Assembly (NCBI GenBank): GCA_021513715.1
Contig: CP084167.1
Location: forward strand, 3,216,843-3,280,842
Direction: 5' to 3'
DNA from: Candidatus Heimdallarchaeum endolithica
GTDB lineage: Archaea > Asgardarchaeota > Heimdallarchaeia > Heimdallarchaeales > Heimdallarchaeaceae
DNA length: 64,000 nucleotides
Below are positions 1 to 9,454 of this stretch, piece by piece. How positions within the stretch are numbered: the stretch's first letter is position 1; each line of letters starts with the position of its first letter. The notes under the pieces are model-generated. The model saw nothing but the letters and a program-made list of their open reading frames with translations. It ran no database searches and had not been told where the DNA came from. Both the position numbers and the translations under genes were made by a program.

Positions 1-1287
1 TGAGCGCTCCTCGACCACGGAAACCAGAAAATTATTTTTCTTCTCACGTGGGAAAGGATAAAAAGAAGACCAGGAACTAAAGAAAGGCAAAGCAAGGAAA
101 GAGAAACCTTTCAAGCCTATATTACGAGAAGCGTTACGGTCACTGTTGAGCTCTATACCACAAGCAACACAACGATAAAGTCCTCGACTAACACGTGAAG
201 ACTTGGAAGTATGTCCACATCGAGAACAAGTTTGACTGGTGTAATGAGGGTCAACTTTTACAACTGGGATATGGTGTTGATAGGCGAGAGAGGTCAAAAA
301 CGAGAGGAAAAAGCCATAAGGCCAATTATTCAACTCTCGAAGAAGATTTTTGCTTTGCTTCCCTCTTCTTTTAGTTTTTTCTTTCTTCCATTTGCTTCTT
401 ATTCCTTCTATGTTTTCTATAACTATGGCAGAACGGGTAGTTACTGCCCAATCTACTATCTCGTGAGCTATTTGCTCACAGCGGGTTTTATTATACTTTC
501 TTTCTTTCATTCTTAATTTTTTTAGTGCACGCCGTGCCTTTTTACTTCCTTTATCTCTGTAGGATTGTAGTTTTCTTCTTCTTTTTGCTAACTGATGTTG
601 TTTCCAAGCTATGTCTTTTCCCATATACCTCTCTAATAAAGGGAAAGAGGGGTGGTTAAGTGTTACTGCAGCAAAAACTTTTCTTCCCACGTCTACTCCT
701 ATTGTTCCCTCTACTTCTTGAGGAGGAGGAAGTTCTTTTCTAATATTCAGGTGTGCTACCCACCCATAGTTGACCTTACTGCTTCTTTTTCGGTCTTTTG
801 CTTTCCTTTTTCTTTTCCTTTTTTGTTGGAAAATTCTACAACTATGTGCTTCCCACCCCTTGATTGTATACTCCTTTAGTCTTCTCCACCCTCCATCTCG
901 GCAAATAGGAAAAGCTATCCTTTTTTTCAATGGGGAAACAACTAAAACAGGGTTGTCTTTTCTTGTTTTTGCTATCTTTCCACTTCGGGGAAAGTTGAAC
1001 TCCAAAGGTAAGGTTCTGAACTTTTTTACCTTTTTTGCCCCATATACCTTTCTTTGCACATTCTCTTGTAACTGACTGTGCAGACCTAGATATCTGAACC
1101 TTTTGTATACTAAATGGTGGAACTCCATTCCTGTTTTTACATGTTTTTTGTAGGGTATTAGTATGTTTGCTAGTTCTCTTACTTTTTTTTGCGCATCCTT
1201 TAGATACTTTTCTTTTTTCTTACTTGGGAGTAAAGTTATCCTTATTGTTTTCTCCATCCATTCTTTACTCCCTTTCTTCTTCATCAT
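1..1287 (-). CDS. tnpB: TnpB (IS200/IS605-family OrfB, OMEGA RNA-guided nuclease), partial; 3' end runs off the window start
   Basis: Manual minus-strand translation gives a stop-free ORF from an ATG at 1287 to position 1 that the ORF track does not list. It contains RuvC-I 'IGVDVGRK', RuvC-II 'AIVIENIEGI', a Zn finger 'TSQTCSRCGH...LYRCVACG' and RuvC-III 'NSDRNASRNI'. The four plus-strand track ORFs in 211..1387 are its antisense shadow. Confidence 0.8.
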   Translation of the reverse strand, partial: MMKKKGSKEWMEKTIRITLLPSKKKEKYLKDAQKKVRELANILIPYKKHVKTGMEFHHLVYKRFRYLGLHSQLQENVQRKVYGAKKVKKFRTLPLEFNFPRSGKIAKTRKDNPVLVVSPLKKRIAFPICRDGGWRRLKEYTIKGWEAHSCRIFQQKRKRKRKAKDRKRSSKVNYGWVAHLNIRKELPPPQEVEGTIGVDVGRKVFAAVTLNHPSFPLLERYMGKDIAWKQHQLAKRRRKLQSYRDKGSKKARRALKKLRMKERKYNKTRCEQIAHEIVDWAVTTRSAIVIENIEGIRSKWKKEKTKRRGKQSKNLLRELNNWPYGFFLSFLTSLAYQHHIPVVKVDPHYTSQTCSRCGHTSKSSRVSRGLYRCVACGIELNSDRNASRNIGLKGFSFLALPFFSSWSSFYPFPREKKNNFLVSVVEERS

Positions 1288-1857
1288 TTATTTTATCTTT
1301 TTTTCCTATTTAAACCTAAATTTTTTTCCTCCCCTCTTTTTTCTTCCTACATTTTTATTCTTGTACAAAAAAGTTATTCATGAATAATAACTGGGATTAT
1401 ACATATCTCTTCTGAAAATGTTACAGTCACCAACAATACATGCAGTAATAATGATCGCGGCATTGAACTCTATAGATCTTATTTTGCTACAATTACAAAC
1501 AATATGTGTAGTAATAGTAACTATGAGTACAAAACTTTGAATTGCTTCAGTTATCCTTTTTTTATCACTAAGATCACTGACTCGTAAATTTCAATTGAGC
1601 TCGATTTTTCTTGTTCTGGATTGTTTAAAGGAAAAACTGACAATTTGTCTTCCTTTTTGGAAGAGATTTATTTTCAACTACTTTAAGAGGATAACTCTAT
1701 GATTGAGTTTAATAATGTCTATTCACTAAAATGGGATCTATCCTCTTATTTTAGTGATTACGAAAGAGTGAAAGAAGAAGATATTAAGGAGACTTTAGGT
1801 TATTTATATCAAAAATACAGCCAATTTATTGAGAAATAATAAAAGAAAAAAAATTCT

Positions 1858-2922
1858 TTACCAGAACCACAAATATTGGGCAGGAATGAAAATATTTGCT
1901 AGTAATCCAAAAATAAGGGTAAGTCCTGAAAGTCGAATTAAATGAAATGCGAATCCTACATACCATAAAGGCCATATTGGCCATTCTTCTGGTGGTTCTT
2001 TTGGTTTAGGCTTCAGATAATTTTTTGCTACAAAGATGTATCTCGGTATAGAAATGAATGTTAACACTAGCCCAATTCCTTGGTATTTTAAAGCTATAAG
2101 GATGATTATTATAATATAAAATAGCCCCATTAAAACAATATTTGTTATTCTTGCATTTTTTTCGCCTATAATAACAGGTAAAGTCTTTATTCCTTTTTTC
2201 TTATCTGGTTCATATTTATCTATATGCTTTCCAAATAGTATAGTTGTAACAATTAAAGCGTAAGGTATTGTAGCTATCCAAACCCAATGGGATATTTGAG
2301 CTAAAGTTGAGACATAGAATGTTCCTCCGATCATTAAAGGACCCCAAATAATAAATACTGCAGGTTCTCCCAAACCATGTTTTTTCAGGTTTAATGGTGG
2401 GGCAACATAAAACACGCTTATGAATATCCCTGCTAAAGCAAAGAATAATACGTACCAGTTTACTGTAAGCATAAAATAAATTAAAATCCCAACATCTATA
2501 AGATTTAGAGCTAGAGCCAGAAGAATAAGCTTTCTTTTTGATATAAGCCCTGTTAATATAGGGTGAGGAGCATACATTGCTCTTGCATATTCGTCGTCAT
2601 CTATGCCTTGTTTTAGGTCAAAAAAGTCGTTGATTATATTATTTACAGCATGAGCAATAACAATTCCTATAGTACTGAGTATCCAGTTTAACCAACTTAT
2701 TTGTTTTGTTAATGAAAGAGCCAATAATCCTCCAATGATTCCTGACATTAAAGTCATAGAAAAAACACATGAGCGGATGATTAGAAGAAATTTAGAAATA
2801 ATATCCATCTCTGTGTTTTCAGGTAAGTTACATGAGCTAAGGATAGTTAACCACTTTTTTAAAAGAGAAGGTTTTTTTGTATTTTTCTCTGCGTTTACTT
2901 CTTCTGTCATTTCACCAGTCAT
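1858..2922 (-). CDS. UbiA-family membrane prenyltransferase
   Basis: 354 aa, multi-TM, Asp-rich motif 'DFFDLKQGIDDDEY', typical UbiA/DGGGP-synthase architecture. Confidence 0.65.
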   Translation of the reverse strand: MTGEMTEEVNAEKNTKKPSLLKKWLTILSSCNLPENTEMDIISKFLLIIRSCVFSMTLMSGIIGGLLALSLTKQISWLNWILSTIGIVIAHAVNNIINDFFDLKQGIDDDEYARAMYAPHPILTGLISKRKLILLALALNLIDVGILIYFMLTVNWYVLFFALAGIFISVFYVAPPLNLKKHGLGEPAVFIIWGPLMIGGTFYVSTLAQISHWVWIATIPYALIVTTILFGKHIDKYEPDKKKGIKTLPVIIGEKNARITNIVLMGLFYIIIIILIALKYQGIGLVLTFISIPRYIFVAKNYLKPKPKEPPEEWPIWPLWYVGFAFHLIRLSGLTLIFGLLANIFIPAQYLWFW

Positions 2923-2989
2923 GTCAAGTAAAAAAATAGTAAGTTAAAAGGATTATTAGATAAAAAAAGAAAAGAAATGAAAGATCATT

Positions 2990-3259
2990 TTATCTCTTTT
3001 TTATTATTGAAGCTAGAGAAACTCCAAGAATTGAGAATACTACAACAGAAAATGTCCATCCTGGTAAATCAAATGTTAATGTAGTAGTTTTTGTATTAGA
3101 GTTTTCAGTATTTTTTATTTCTAATATTTTATCTGATATATCTTCGGTAATCAAACCATCTTCAGTCTGTGCTATAACCTTTACGAGATAATTTTCGCCG
3201 TCTTCAACTGTTGTTGTATCCAATAAAAGCAAAGGAATAACAGCTCCTTCAGATAACAA
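2990..3259 (-). CDS. small D/E/T-rich protein with C-terminal TM anchor and basic tail (PGF-CTERM-like 'LPGWTF...KKR')
   Basis: Track ORF begins with TTG. The reading frame stays open upstream to 3466 without any ATG. C-terminus is hydrophobic helix plus KKR. Confidence 0.3.
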   Translation of the reverse strand: MLSEGAVIPLLLLDTTTVEDGENYLVKVIAQTEDGLITEDISDKILEIKNTENSNTKTTTLTFDLPGWTFSVVVFSILGVSLASIIKKR

Positions 3260-3446
3260 GTTCCAGCTTATTCCTTTATCTCTAGAATAATAGACATTGT
3301 AGATAATCTCTTCTTCAAGAGAATCTATAGTTTCTATCCTTTCTATTTTAACTGTACCAGATAAAACTTCTCCTCCGCTGGGACTCTTGATTCTTGGTGG
3401 AATTAGGTAATGTTCTTTTGATTTGTTATTTATTGTTGTTATAATA

Positions 3447-3581
3447 GACGAAAGAGGAACATCTTCTCATTGTTCCCGTTGTGGAAAAGAAGTTTCTCGT
3501 CCCGTCAGAGGATTAGTATACTGTCCCTTTTGTAACTATACTTACCACTCTGATTTAACAGGGGCTAAATATTACTTGTAA
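3447..3581 (+). pseudogene. TnpB C-terminal relic (Zn-finger/RuvC-III remnant)
   Basis: Plus-strand translation 'IIDERGTSSHCSRCGKEVSRPVRGLVYCPFCNYTYHSDLTGAKYYL*' matches the TnpB 'TSQTCSRCG...C..CG' Zn-ribbon region. Only about 45 codons are open, bounded by a stop at 3408. Confidence 0.55.
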
Positions 3582-4032
3582 GTTCCTTAGTCATCTTTTT
3601 CGTCCCCGTGCTACAACTATTACTAATTACTTTACTGGTTAAAAATTCAGTTTTATTAAGTTCGACAAACTTTGTAAAAAGTAAATCATCGTTGTCAGAG
3701 CATTTTCGATAAGTATGAGTCTAACGACTAAGAAAAGAAAAAGTGTAGGTGCATAGGATTGAGGAAAATGAACAATAATTTGATGAAAATGATAATCAAG
3801 CATCTTTTTTCTTTTTCAGAAATTGTTAGCTCGTAAGGTTCAAATGCTTTGGCTTTTGCTCCACAAGCAGGACATTAATCTTTTATCTCCCCTTCTGTTG
3901 TAATAAAACCACAAACTTTACAACGAATATATTTAGTCAAAGTCAATCGTTATGATTCTCTTCCTATAATTAAATAAGATTTGGATTAAAATTTTGCTCC
4001 ATTAGCATTAAATAAAATGAATAAAGAAAAAA

Positions 4033-5289
4033 TCAAACTTGGTCAATGATCCAAAAAATCCAATATACTATTATGAAAATGACCCCGATTACACTCACAA
4101 TTCGTTTTTTTCCTTCTAAAAGTTTGATTGCAGAAAGGTTAACAGCTGCGAATATAAGCATAAATATTAAACTAGCAGCTGTTGCTACTGTTTCTATGTT
4201 GAAAAACAATATGAATATTATGCTCATTACTCCTGAAATAACAATTGCCCGAGTTGGTACTCTAGTTTTACTGTTTATTTCTGATATTTTTGCAGGTATA
4301 ACTCCTTCATGACTTAGCATATAGGATAGACGAGAAGAGCCTAGTAATGTTGCATTTATTGCTGAAGCTGTTGATATAATAGCAGCTACTGCCATAAGAA
4401 AAGTTCCAGCAATAGGAAAAAAAGATTGTGCAGAGACTGTAAGAATTACTTCTCCCATTTCTTCATTGATGTTAGCCATTCCTAAGACTCCTACTGTAAC
4501 AATTGCGACAGAAACATAAATTATGAGAACTATAATTATTGAGACAAACATCCCTATTGGAAGATCTCTTTGAGGATTCTTCATCTCTTCTACAGAATTT
4601 GTAAGAATCTCAAAACCTTCCATAGCAACAAAAATTAACACAGAACTAATTAAAACACCATAAACTCCTGTGTCACTGAAGAAAGGCTGGAAATTAGATT
4701 TTTTCACTGCAGTTAATCCCATTATAATATAAACTAGTAAGATTGTTACTTTCAGAAAAACAAGAAAATTTTGCATTTTTGATGATTCTTTAACTCCTAG
4801 AAGGTTAATAATTATAAATATAGTAACACTTAGTAGTTGGAAAGCGAAAGCAAGAATTGGAGTATTTAAAAAAGCTGGAAAAAAGATTTTTGTTTCTAAA
4901 AAGGATTTATGTCCAAAATTAAAAATTTCTGCAAAATACCTTCCAAAAGTCATCGCATATAAACTAACAGAAAAGCTATATCCAAACCATAATAAAATTC
5001 CAAGTGTCCCTGAAAAAAAATTAGATTTAAAAGCTTCTTTTGCGTAAATAAAAGCTCCCCCAGCTTTAGGATATTTGAGAGCTAAAAAAGTATAACTATA
5101 GGCCGTGAAAGTACTAACAACAGCTGCAAGTATAAAAGCTAAAAAAGCAGCAGGTCCACTTTTAATAATTACAAGACCTAGAATCGAAAATACTCCACCA
5201 CCGATAAGTGCTCCAACAGCTATTCCTAGTGCCTCTTTTAGGCCTAGTTCTTTGGATAACTCTATCAGTGCTCCTTCTTTTGTATCCAT
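4033..5289 (-). CDS. APC-family amino acid permease
   Basis: 418 aa, about 12 TM segments, glycine-rich N-terminal helix 'GALIGGGVFSILG' typical of amino-acid/polyamine transporters. Confidence 0.7.
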   Translation of the reverse strand: MDTKEGALIELSKELGLKEALGIAVGALIGGGVFSILGLVIIKSGPAAFLAFILAAVVSTFTAYSYTFLALKYPKAGGAFIYAKEAFKSNFFSGTLGILLWFGYSFSVSLYAMTFGRYFAEIFNFGHKSFLETKIFFPAFLNTPILAFAFQLLSVTIFIIINLLGVKESSKMQNFLVFLKVTILLVYIIMGLTAVKKSNFQPFFSDTGVYGVLISSVLIFVAMEGFEILTNSVEEMKNPQRDLPIGMFVSIIIVLIIYVSVAIVTVGVLGMANINEEMGEVILTVSAQSFFPIAGTFLMAVAAIISTASAINATLLGSSRLSYMLSHEGVIPAKISEINSKTRVPTRAIVISGVMSIIFILFFNIETVATAASLIFMLIFAAVNLSAIKLLEGKKRIVSVIGVIFIIVYWIFWIIDQV

Positions 5290-5425
5290 AGAATCAACTA
5301 TGTTCGCAAATATTTACGATTTAAGAATTTTGCGATAATAAAAAATAAAATAGAAGAATTCAACTTTTTATAGATTAAAAAAGAGATAGTGCAGTTTGTG
5401 AAAAACCACACTCTTAAAAGTTAAT

Positions 5426-5722
5426 TCACAAACCAGCTATTACTAGTAGTATTCCTCCAATAAGAACTAGTATCACTGCTAGTCCTCCACCTATGATATC
5501 TAATATTATGAAAATTATCCCTGTAACTAATTCTTTAAGCCTAAACCTATCTATTGAAATTAACACTGTAATAATGCCAACAACAAACAAGATTATAGCT
5601 GTGATAATTGTATTTGCTATGTTTCCACTTACTGATATAGCTGTAAATAATGATACAATGCTTGAGAGGATGTCACCTAATAGCATAAGAACACCCAAGT
5701 GCGATCCATAATATTCCACCAA
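5426..5722 (-). CDS. small integral membrane protein
   Basis: 98 aa, 3-4 hydrophobic helices, Gly-rich. Confidence 0.4.
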   Translation of the reverse strand: MVEYYGSHLGVLMLLGDILSSIVSLFTAISVSGNIANTIITAIILFVVGIITVLISIDRFRLKELVTGIIFIILDIIGGGLAVILVLIGGILLVIAGL

Positions 5723-5849
5723 TTAAAGCTAGTATTCTCCCCCACTTTGCTAAATTAGCTTTGTTTGTCATAGTATATTGAATTATAATTCAGTTATTAA
5801 AAAACATTTTTTAGAAATGGAATTATTATCTTTTTAGATGTTTTTACTT

Positions 5850-6737
5850 TTATGATTCCTTCATATGGTGTATAACTACGCTTGGATTCAACAACTTATC
5901 TCTAATTTTACAAGACAAAGGCCGTGAAAGAAAACTAAGAAATGATTCATTTTTTGTTCTACCAATTATTACTAAATCTGGTTCATCTTTTTCAAAAATA
6001 TATTCTAGCGTGCTAAAAACATCATGTCCTAAAACTATTTTGGTTTTTAATATTCTACCAAATATCTCTTCATACTGGTTAACATATTTTTCGAATTCTA
6101 GGTTTTCTTTTTTAATTTCTTTTTCATTTACTGCTTGATCAAGAGGAATAACCTCAGGAACAATATTTACATGATAAACATTTATTGTGGCATTTTTTTG
6201 AGGAGCAGCTATTGCAGAAGCCCATCGTAGAAGAAAGGGGTCACGATTGGAGTAAGGTAGAAGAATAGCTATCTTTTTCATTTTTGTTGCTAGTTTTTCT
6301 AATTTTGGGGGAAAAACTTGCAAAATTTCTGCTTCGATGTTTTTTATTACTTGATTAGAAACGCTGTTAACTATAATTTTATCAAAAAAAGATGGTTTTC
6401 GTCTAGCTGCCATGATAACTAATCTATATTTATGTCTGTTCCAATATTCTATTACTGCTTTTGCAATTTGCTTGTTTTTAATGTAGGTTAAATCATAGTT
6501 TATTTTGTACTTATTGAGTTTAGCAAGATAGTTGTCTATGAAGGAATTTAATGCTCTTCCCACGTGAATAATATCTAATTTAGCCCCATATTCATGAGCA
6601 ATATAGAATGCGACATCCATAGCTGTTTTTTCAAAACTTTTCCCACCAAGCGGAAGCAAAATTTTGTTCAAAGTAATAAAAAATTCATCTTGAAAATCAG
6701 GTTTTATTTTTCTCAAAGTTCTTGCTTTGTCACTCAT
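5850..6737 (-). CDS. tandem-domain universal stress protein (UspA family)
   Basis: 295 aa. Two Usp-like halves, each ending in an 'HVxxxG'-type motif ('IIHVGRA', 'VIIGRTKN'). Confidence 0.65.
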   Translation of the reverse strand: MSDKARTLRKIKPDFQDEFFITLNKILLPLGGKSFEKTAMDVAFYIAHEYGAKLDIIHVGRALNSFIDNYLAKLNKYKINYDLTYIKNKQIAKAVIEYWNRHKYRLVIMAARRKPSFFDKIIVNSVSNQVIKNIEAEILQVFPPKLEKLATKMKKIAILLPYSNRDPFLLRWASAIAAPQKNATINVYHVNIVPEVIPLDQAVNEKEIKKENLEFEKYVNQYEEIFGRILKTKIVLGHDVFSTLEYIFEKDEPDLVIIGRTKNESFLSFLSRPLSCKIRDKLLNPSVVIHHMKES

Positions 6738-6889
6738 TCATTGCTCCCAATATAGAACGGCTTTAATTTTATTTAAACTTATTCCTACATATGTAAGAAT
6801 TGTTAAACTAACGGAAGAAAAACTTTCTTGTTTTCTGTTTGTAAATTTACACAGAATATTTAAATAAAAAAAAGAAGAATTAGGCTATT

Positions 6890-7261
6890 ATGACTTCAAA
6901 AATTGTAGATCTGTATCTAGGAGGATTAATCTTTAATAAGACTAAAGTTGAGAAAATTGTTTCAGACAAATCAGTTACATGTCTATCTTGGATTGCAATA
7001 CTAATTTACATGTTACTTGAACCCATTTTTTCGCTGATTTCAGGTAAGCCTGCAGGACATAGTGCTTTTGTTCGTTATACTAATCTAACTGGTTTCTGGC
7101 TGTTCTTTGCTGTTTTTATTAGTACATTTATAGCTACTGTTGGTTTTGCAATTATTTTATTGGTTTTTTTCAAATTATTTGAAGTGACTGGTGTTCTTAT
7201 AAGACGACTACTAAAAAACCAAAGAAAGAGAGTAAAGAAGAAGCTAATGAAGCAATGCTAA
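6890..7261 (+). CDS. small membrane protein
   Basis: 123 aa, three hydrophobic segments, basic C-tail. Confidence 0.35.
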   Translation: MTSKIVDLYLGGLIFNKTKVEKIVSDKSVTCLSWIAILIYMLLEPIFSLISGKPAGHSAFVRYTNLTGFWLFFAVFISTFIATVGFAIILLVFFKLFEVTGVLIRRLLKNQRKRVKKKLMKQC

Positions 7262-7604
7262 CTTTTTATGGTTTTATTCGAGTTGTAGCTGTAGGTGTAG
7301 TATGGAAGTATATCGGAGCAATAGGCGTTCTTTTCAGTGGTACTCCAAAAACAATAATAACAGGACTAGGTTTCTTTGCTTCACTGTTTAGCATGGGTTT
7401 TGCTTCACAACGTTATAGTAAAAATCAGTTATAACTGTAATCATAATCACAATTCTTACATTCCTAATTAGTTTTGAATTAGCAGTAATATGGAGTGATA
7501 TTCTAGAAAAACTATTAGGTTTAACAAAATAAATCAATAAAAATTAATTTTACATTTTATCTTTACTTTTTTTAAAAAATTTGTTATTAAAAATGTTTGA
7601 GAGG

Positions 7605-8615
7605 TTAGATGTTCTCTCTAAGATCAATTATATGTTCTGAAGATGGTCCTGTACCAATTAAACTCACTTTAACCCTTGTTTCTTTCTCTACCTTGTCAAT
7701 GAACTCTTGAGCCTTTCCTTTAATTTGATCAATTGAAGTCGCTCCCTTCAATTCAGGAAAAACTATATCGAATTTTGTTAGAGCTATTTGTGTTGCTCCA
7801 TTTAATCTTACTGATTTTTTTGCAAGGTCAAAATTAAATGGTGCAGCTCTCCTGGGACGGCCTGTTACTGCACCGTATTCTACCCATCCTCTTTTTTCCA
7901 TTTCTTCTAAGGATAGTTCTCCTGGAAGTTCTCCTTCTCCAACTCTAGTTATAAAAGCTTTCATCACCACTAATACTTCATCTACTTTTGTTGGTCCTAC
8001 ACCTAGATCAGAACAAATACCTGCAGAGCAAGTGTCGTGTGAAGTGACATAAGGATATGAACCATGATAAAGAGATAAAAAGGCTGCTTGACTTCCTTCA
8101 GCAATAATTGTTTCGCCAGATTCAAGAGTTTCATTCATTTCTAGGCTTACATCTGTTAGATATTTTTTTAATTCCGGGATATCTCTTGCTAACTTTAATA
8201 TTCGCATTGCTCTATCCATATTAGCTGGTCCGCATCCACTTCCTGTTGTTCCAATTTTTCCAGATAAATGTTTGTCTTTTGTATCCATCTCAATATGCTT
8301 TCGTTCAATTATTCCAGATTGAAAATCAACCTTGAGTCTATCTTCAGTTTTTGTTTTTTTTATTTCTTGAAGTAGGACATTAGGATTTACTAGCACTCCC
8401 GCTCCTATGAGCAGTTTTGCTTTAGTATTAACGAAACCAGAAGGAACCATTCTTAACTTGTACTCAATACCATTATGTTGTATTGTATGTCCTGCGTTAG
8501 GTCCAGTTCCAGCTCGAGCAATGATTGAGGGGTAATCTTTTATTGCTAAATAAGAACAAATTTTTCCTTTTCCTTCGTCTCCCCAAAATCCTCCAGCTAT
8601 AATTGTAAACGTCAT
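7605..8615 (-). CDS. purA: adenylosuccinate synthetase (short archaeal form)
   Basis: 'GGFWGDEGKGK' P-loop and 'GTTGSGCGP' motifs; 336 aa as in archaeal PurA. Confidence 0.9.
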   Translation of the reverse strand: MTFTIIAGGFWGDEGKGKICSYLAIKDYPSIIARAGTGPNAGHTIQHNGIEYKLRMVPSGFVNTKAKLLIGAGVLVNPNVLLQEIKKTKTEDRLKVDFQSGIIERKHIEMDTKDKHLSGKIGTTGSGCGPANMDRAMRILKLARDIPELKKYLTDVSLEMNETLESGETIIAEGSQAAFLSLYHGSYPYVTSHDTCSAGICSDLGVGPTKVDEVLVVMKAFITRVGEGELPGELSLEEMEKRGWVEYGAVTGRPRRAAPFNFDLAKKSVRLNGATQIALTKFDIVFPELKGATSIDQIKGKAQEFIDKVEKETRVKVSLIGTGPSSEHIIDLRENI

Positions 8616-8795
8616 TTGACCAAGAATAAATTTTTAATATTTTAAATTAATTGATAGCTAATAATTTTATTTTTTTTTAAACTTCAATTTTTTCATAATT
8701 TTTCTGATTTATTAAACTTCTTTTATTATTTTATTTTCATTATTTCTTTACAAATCTACGAAAAACTAATAAAGTTAAAATTTGTCTTTTAGATT

Positions 8796-9359
8796 ATGTC
8801 AGCATTTGGCGTTGTCAAAATTGTGCTACTTGGAGACTATGCTGCTGGAAAAACAACTCTAAAAAGAAGTTTTATGGGTCTTCACTTAGACGAAGTTTAT
8901 CTGAGCACTTTAGGGGTTGATTTAGCTTCATATCATTTCGTTGATGAGACTTTTGATTTAGAGTATCAAATATGGGATCTAGGAGGACAACCCGAATTTA
9001 AGACTATTCGTGTTCAACAATATAAAGGCACAGAAGGAGGGTTACTTGTTTTTAATAAATCAAGAATAGAAACTTTTGAACATTTGAAAGATTGGTTAGA
9101 GGAGCTTAGTAGCTCTATCAGCAATCGTATTCCTGTTTTTTTAATAGGAAATAAATCTGATCTTCTATCTCCTGAAGAAAATCTTGAATTCGACAGAAAA
9201 GCAGAGAAATTTATAGATGATAATCAACTAACTTATTCAGAGATTGACCTTAAAGGGTATTTTGCCACTTGTGCTCTGACAGGAGAAAATGTTAGAGAAG
9301 CTTTTTTAGCTCTTGGTAAAGAAATTATTAAAATAAAGAGTGATAGAATGCTTATTTAA
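8796..9359 (+). CDS. Ras-superfamily small GTPase, Rab-like
   Basis: G1 'GDYAAGKTT', G2/switch I 'STLGVD', G3 'WDLGGQ', G4 'GNKSDL', G5 'CALTGENV'; 187 aa. Confidence 0.8.
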   Translation: MSAFGVVKIVLLGDYAAGKTTLKRSFMGLHLDEVYLSTLGVDLASYHFVDETFDLEYQIWDLGGQPEFKTIRVQQYKGTEGGLLVFNKSRIETFEHLKDWLEELSSSISNRIPVFLIGNKSDLLSPEENLEFDRKAEKFIDDNQLTYSEIDLKGYFATCALTGENVREAFLALGKEIIKIKSDRMLI

Positions 9360-9454
9360 CAGTGAAAAATGTTGTTTTTTTTCCATTGTTTCCTCTATAA
9401 TAAAACACAACATTCTTATTGATAATTTTTTAAAGCCTTATAACATTAAATATT

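Noticed and set aside
211-1387. Four plus-strand track ORFs (211..516, 652..879, 770..1075, 1163..1387) with F/L/S-rich low-complexity translations
   Set aside because: They are the antisense shadow of the stop-free minus-strand TnpB reading frame, and they mutually overlap in different frames
3830-3960. In-frame TAA in rubredoxin-like ORF considered as stop-codon recoding
   Set aside because: TAA recoding is not known in archaea, and the ORF also lacks a proper start, so decay is the simpler explanation
2735-5711. Short overlapping track ORFs (2735..2947, 4046..4312, 5105..5338, 5493..5711)
   Set aside because: Each lies fully inside and antisense to a well-supported longer gene (UbiA, permease, small membrane protein) and has low-complexity composition
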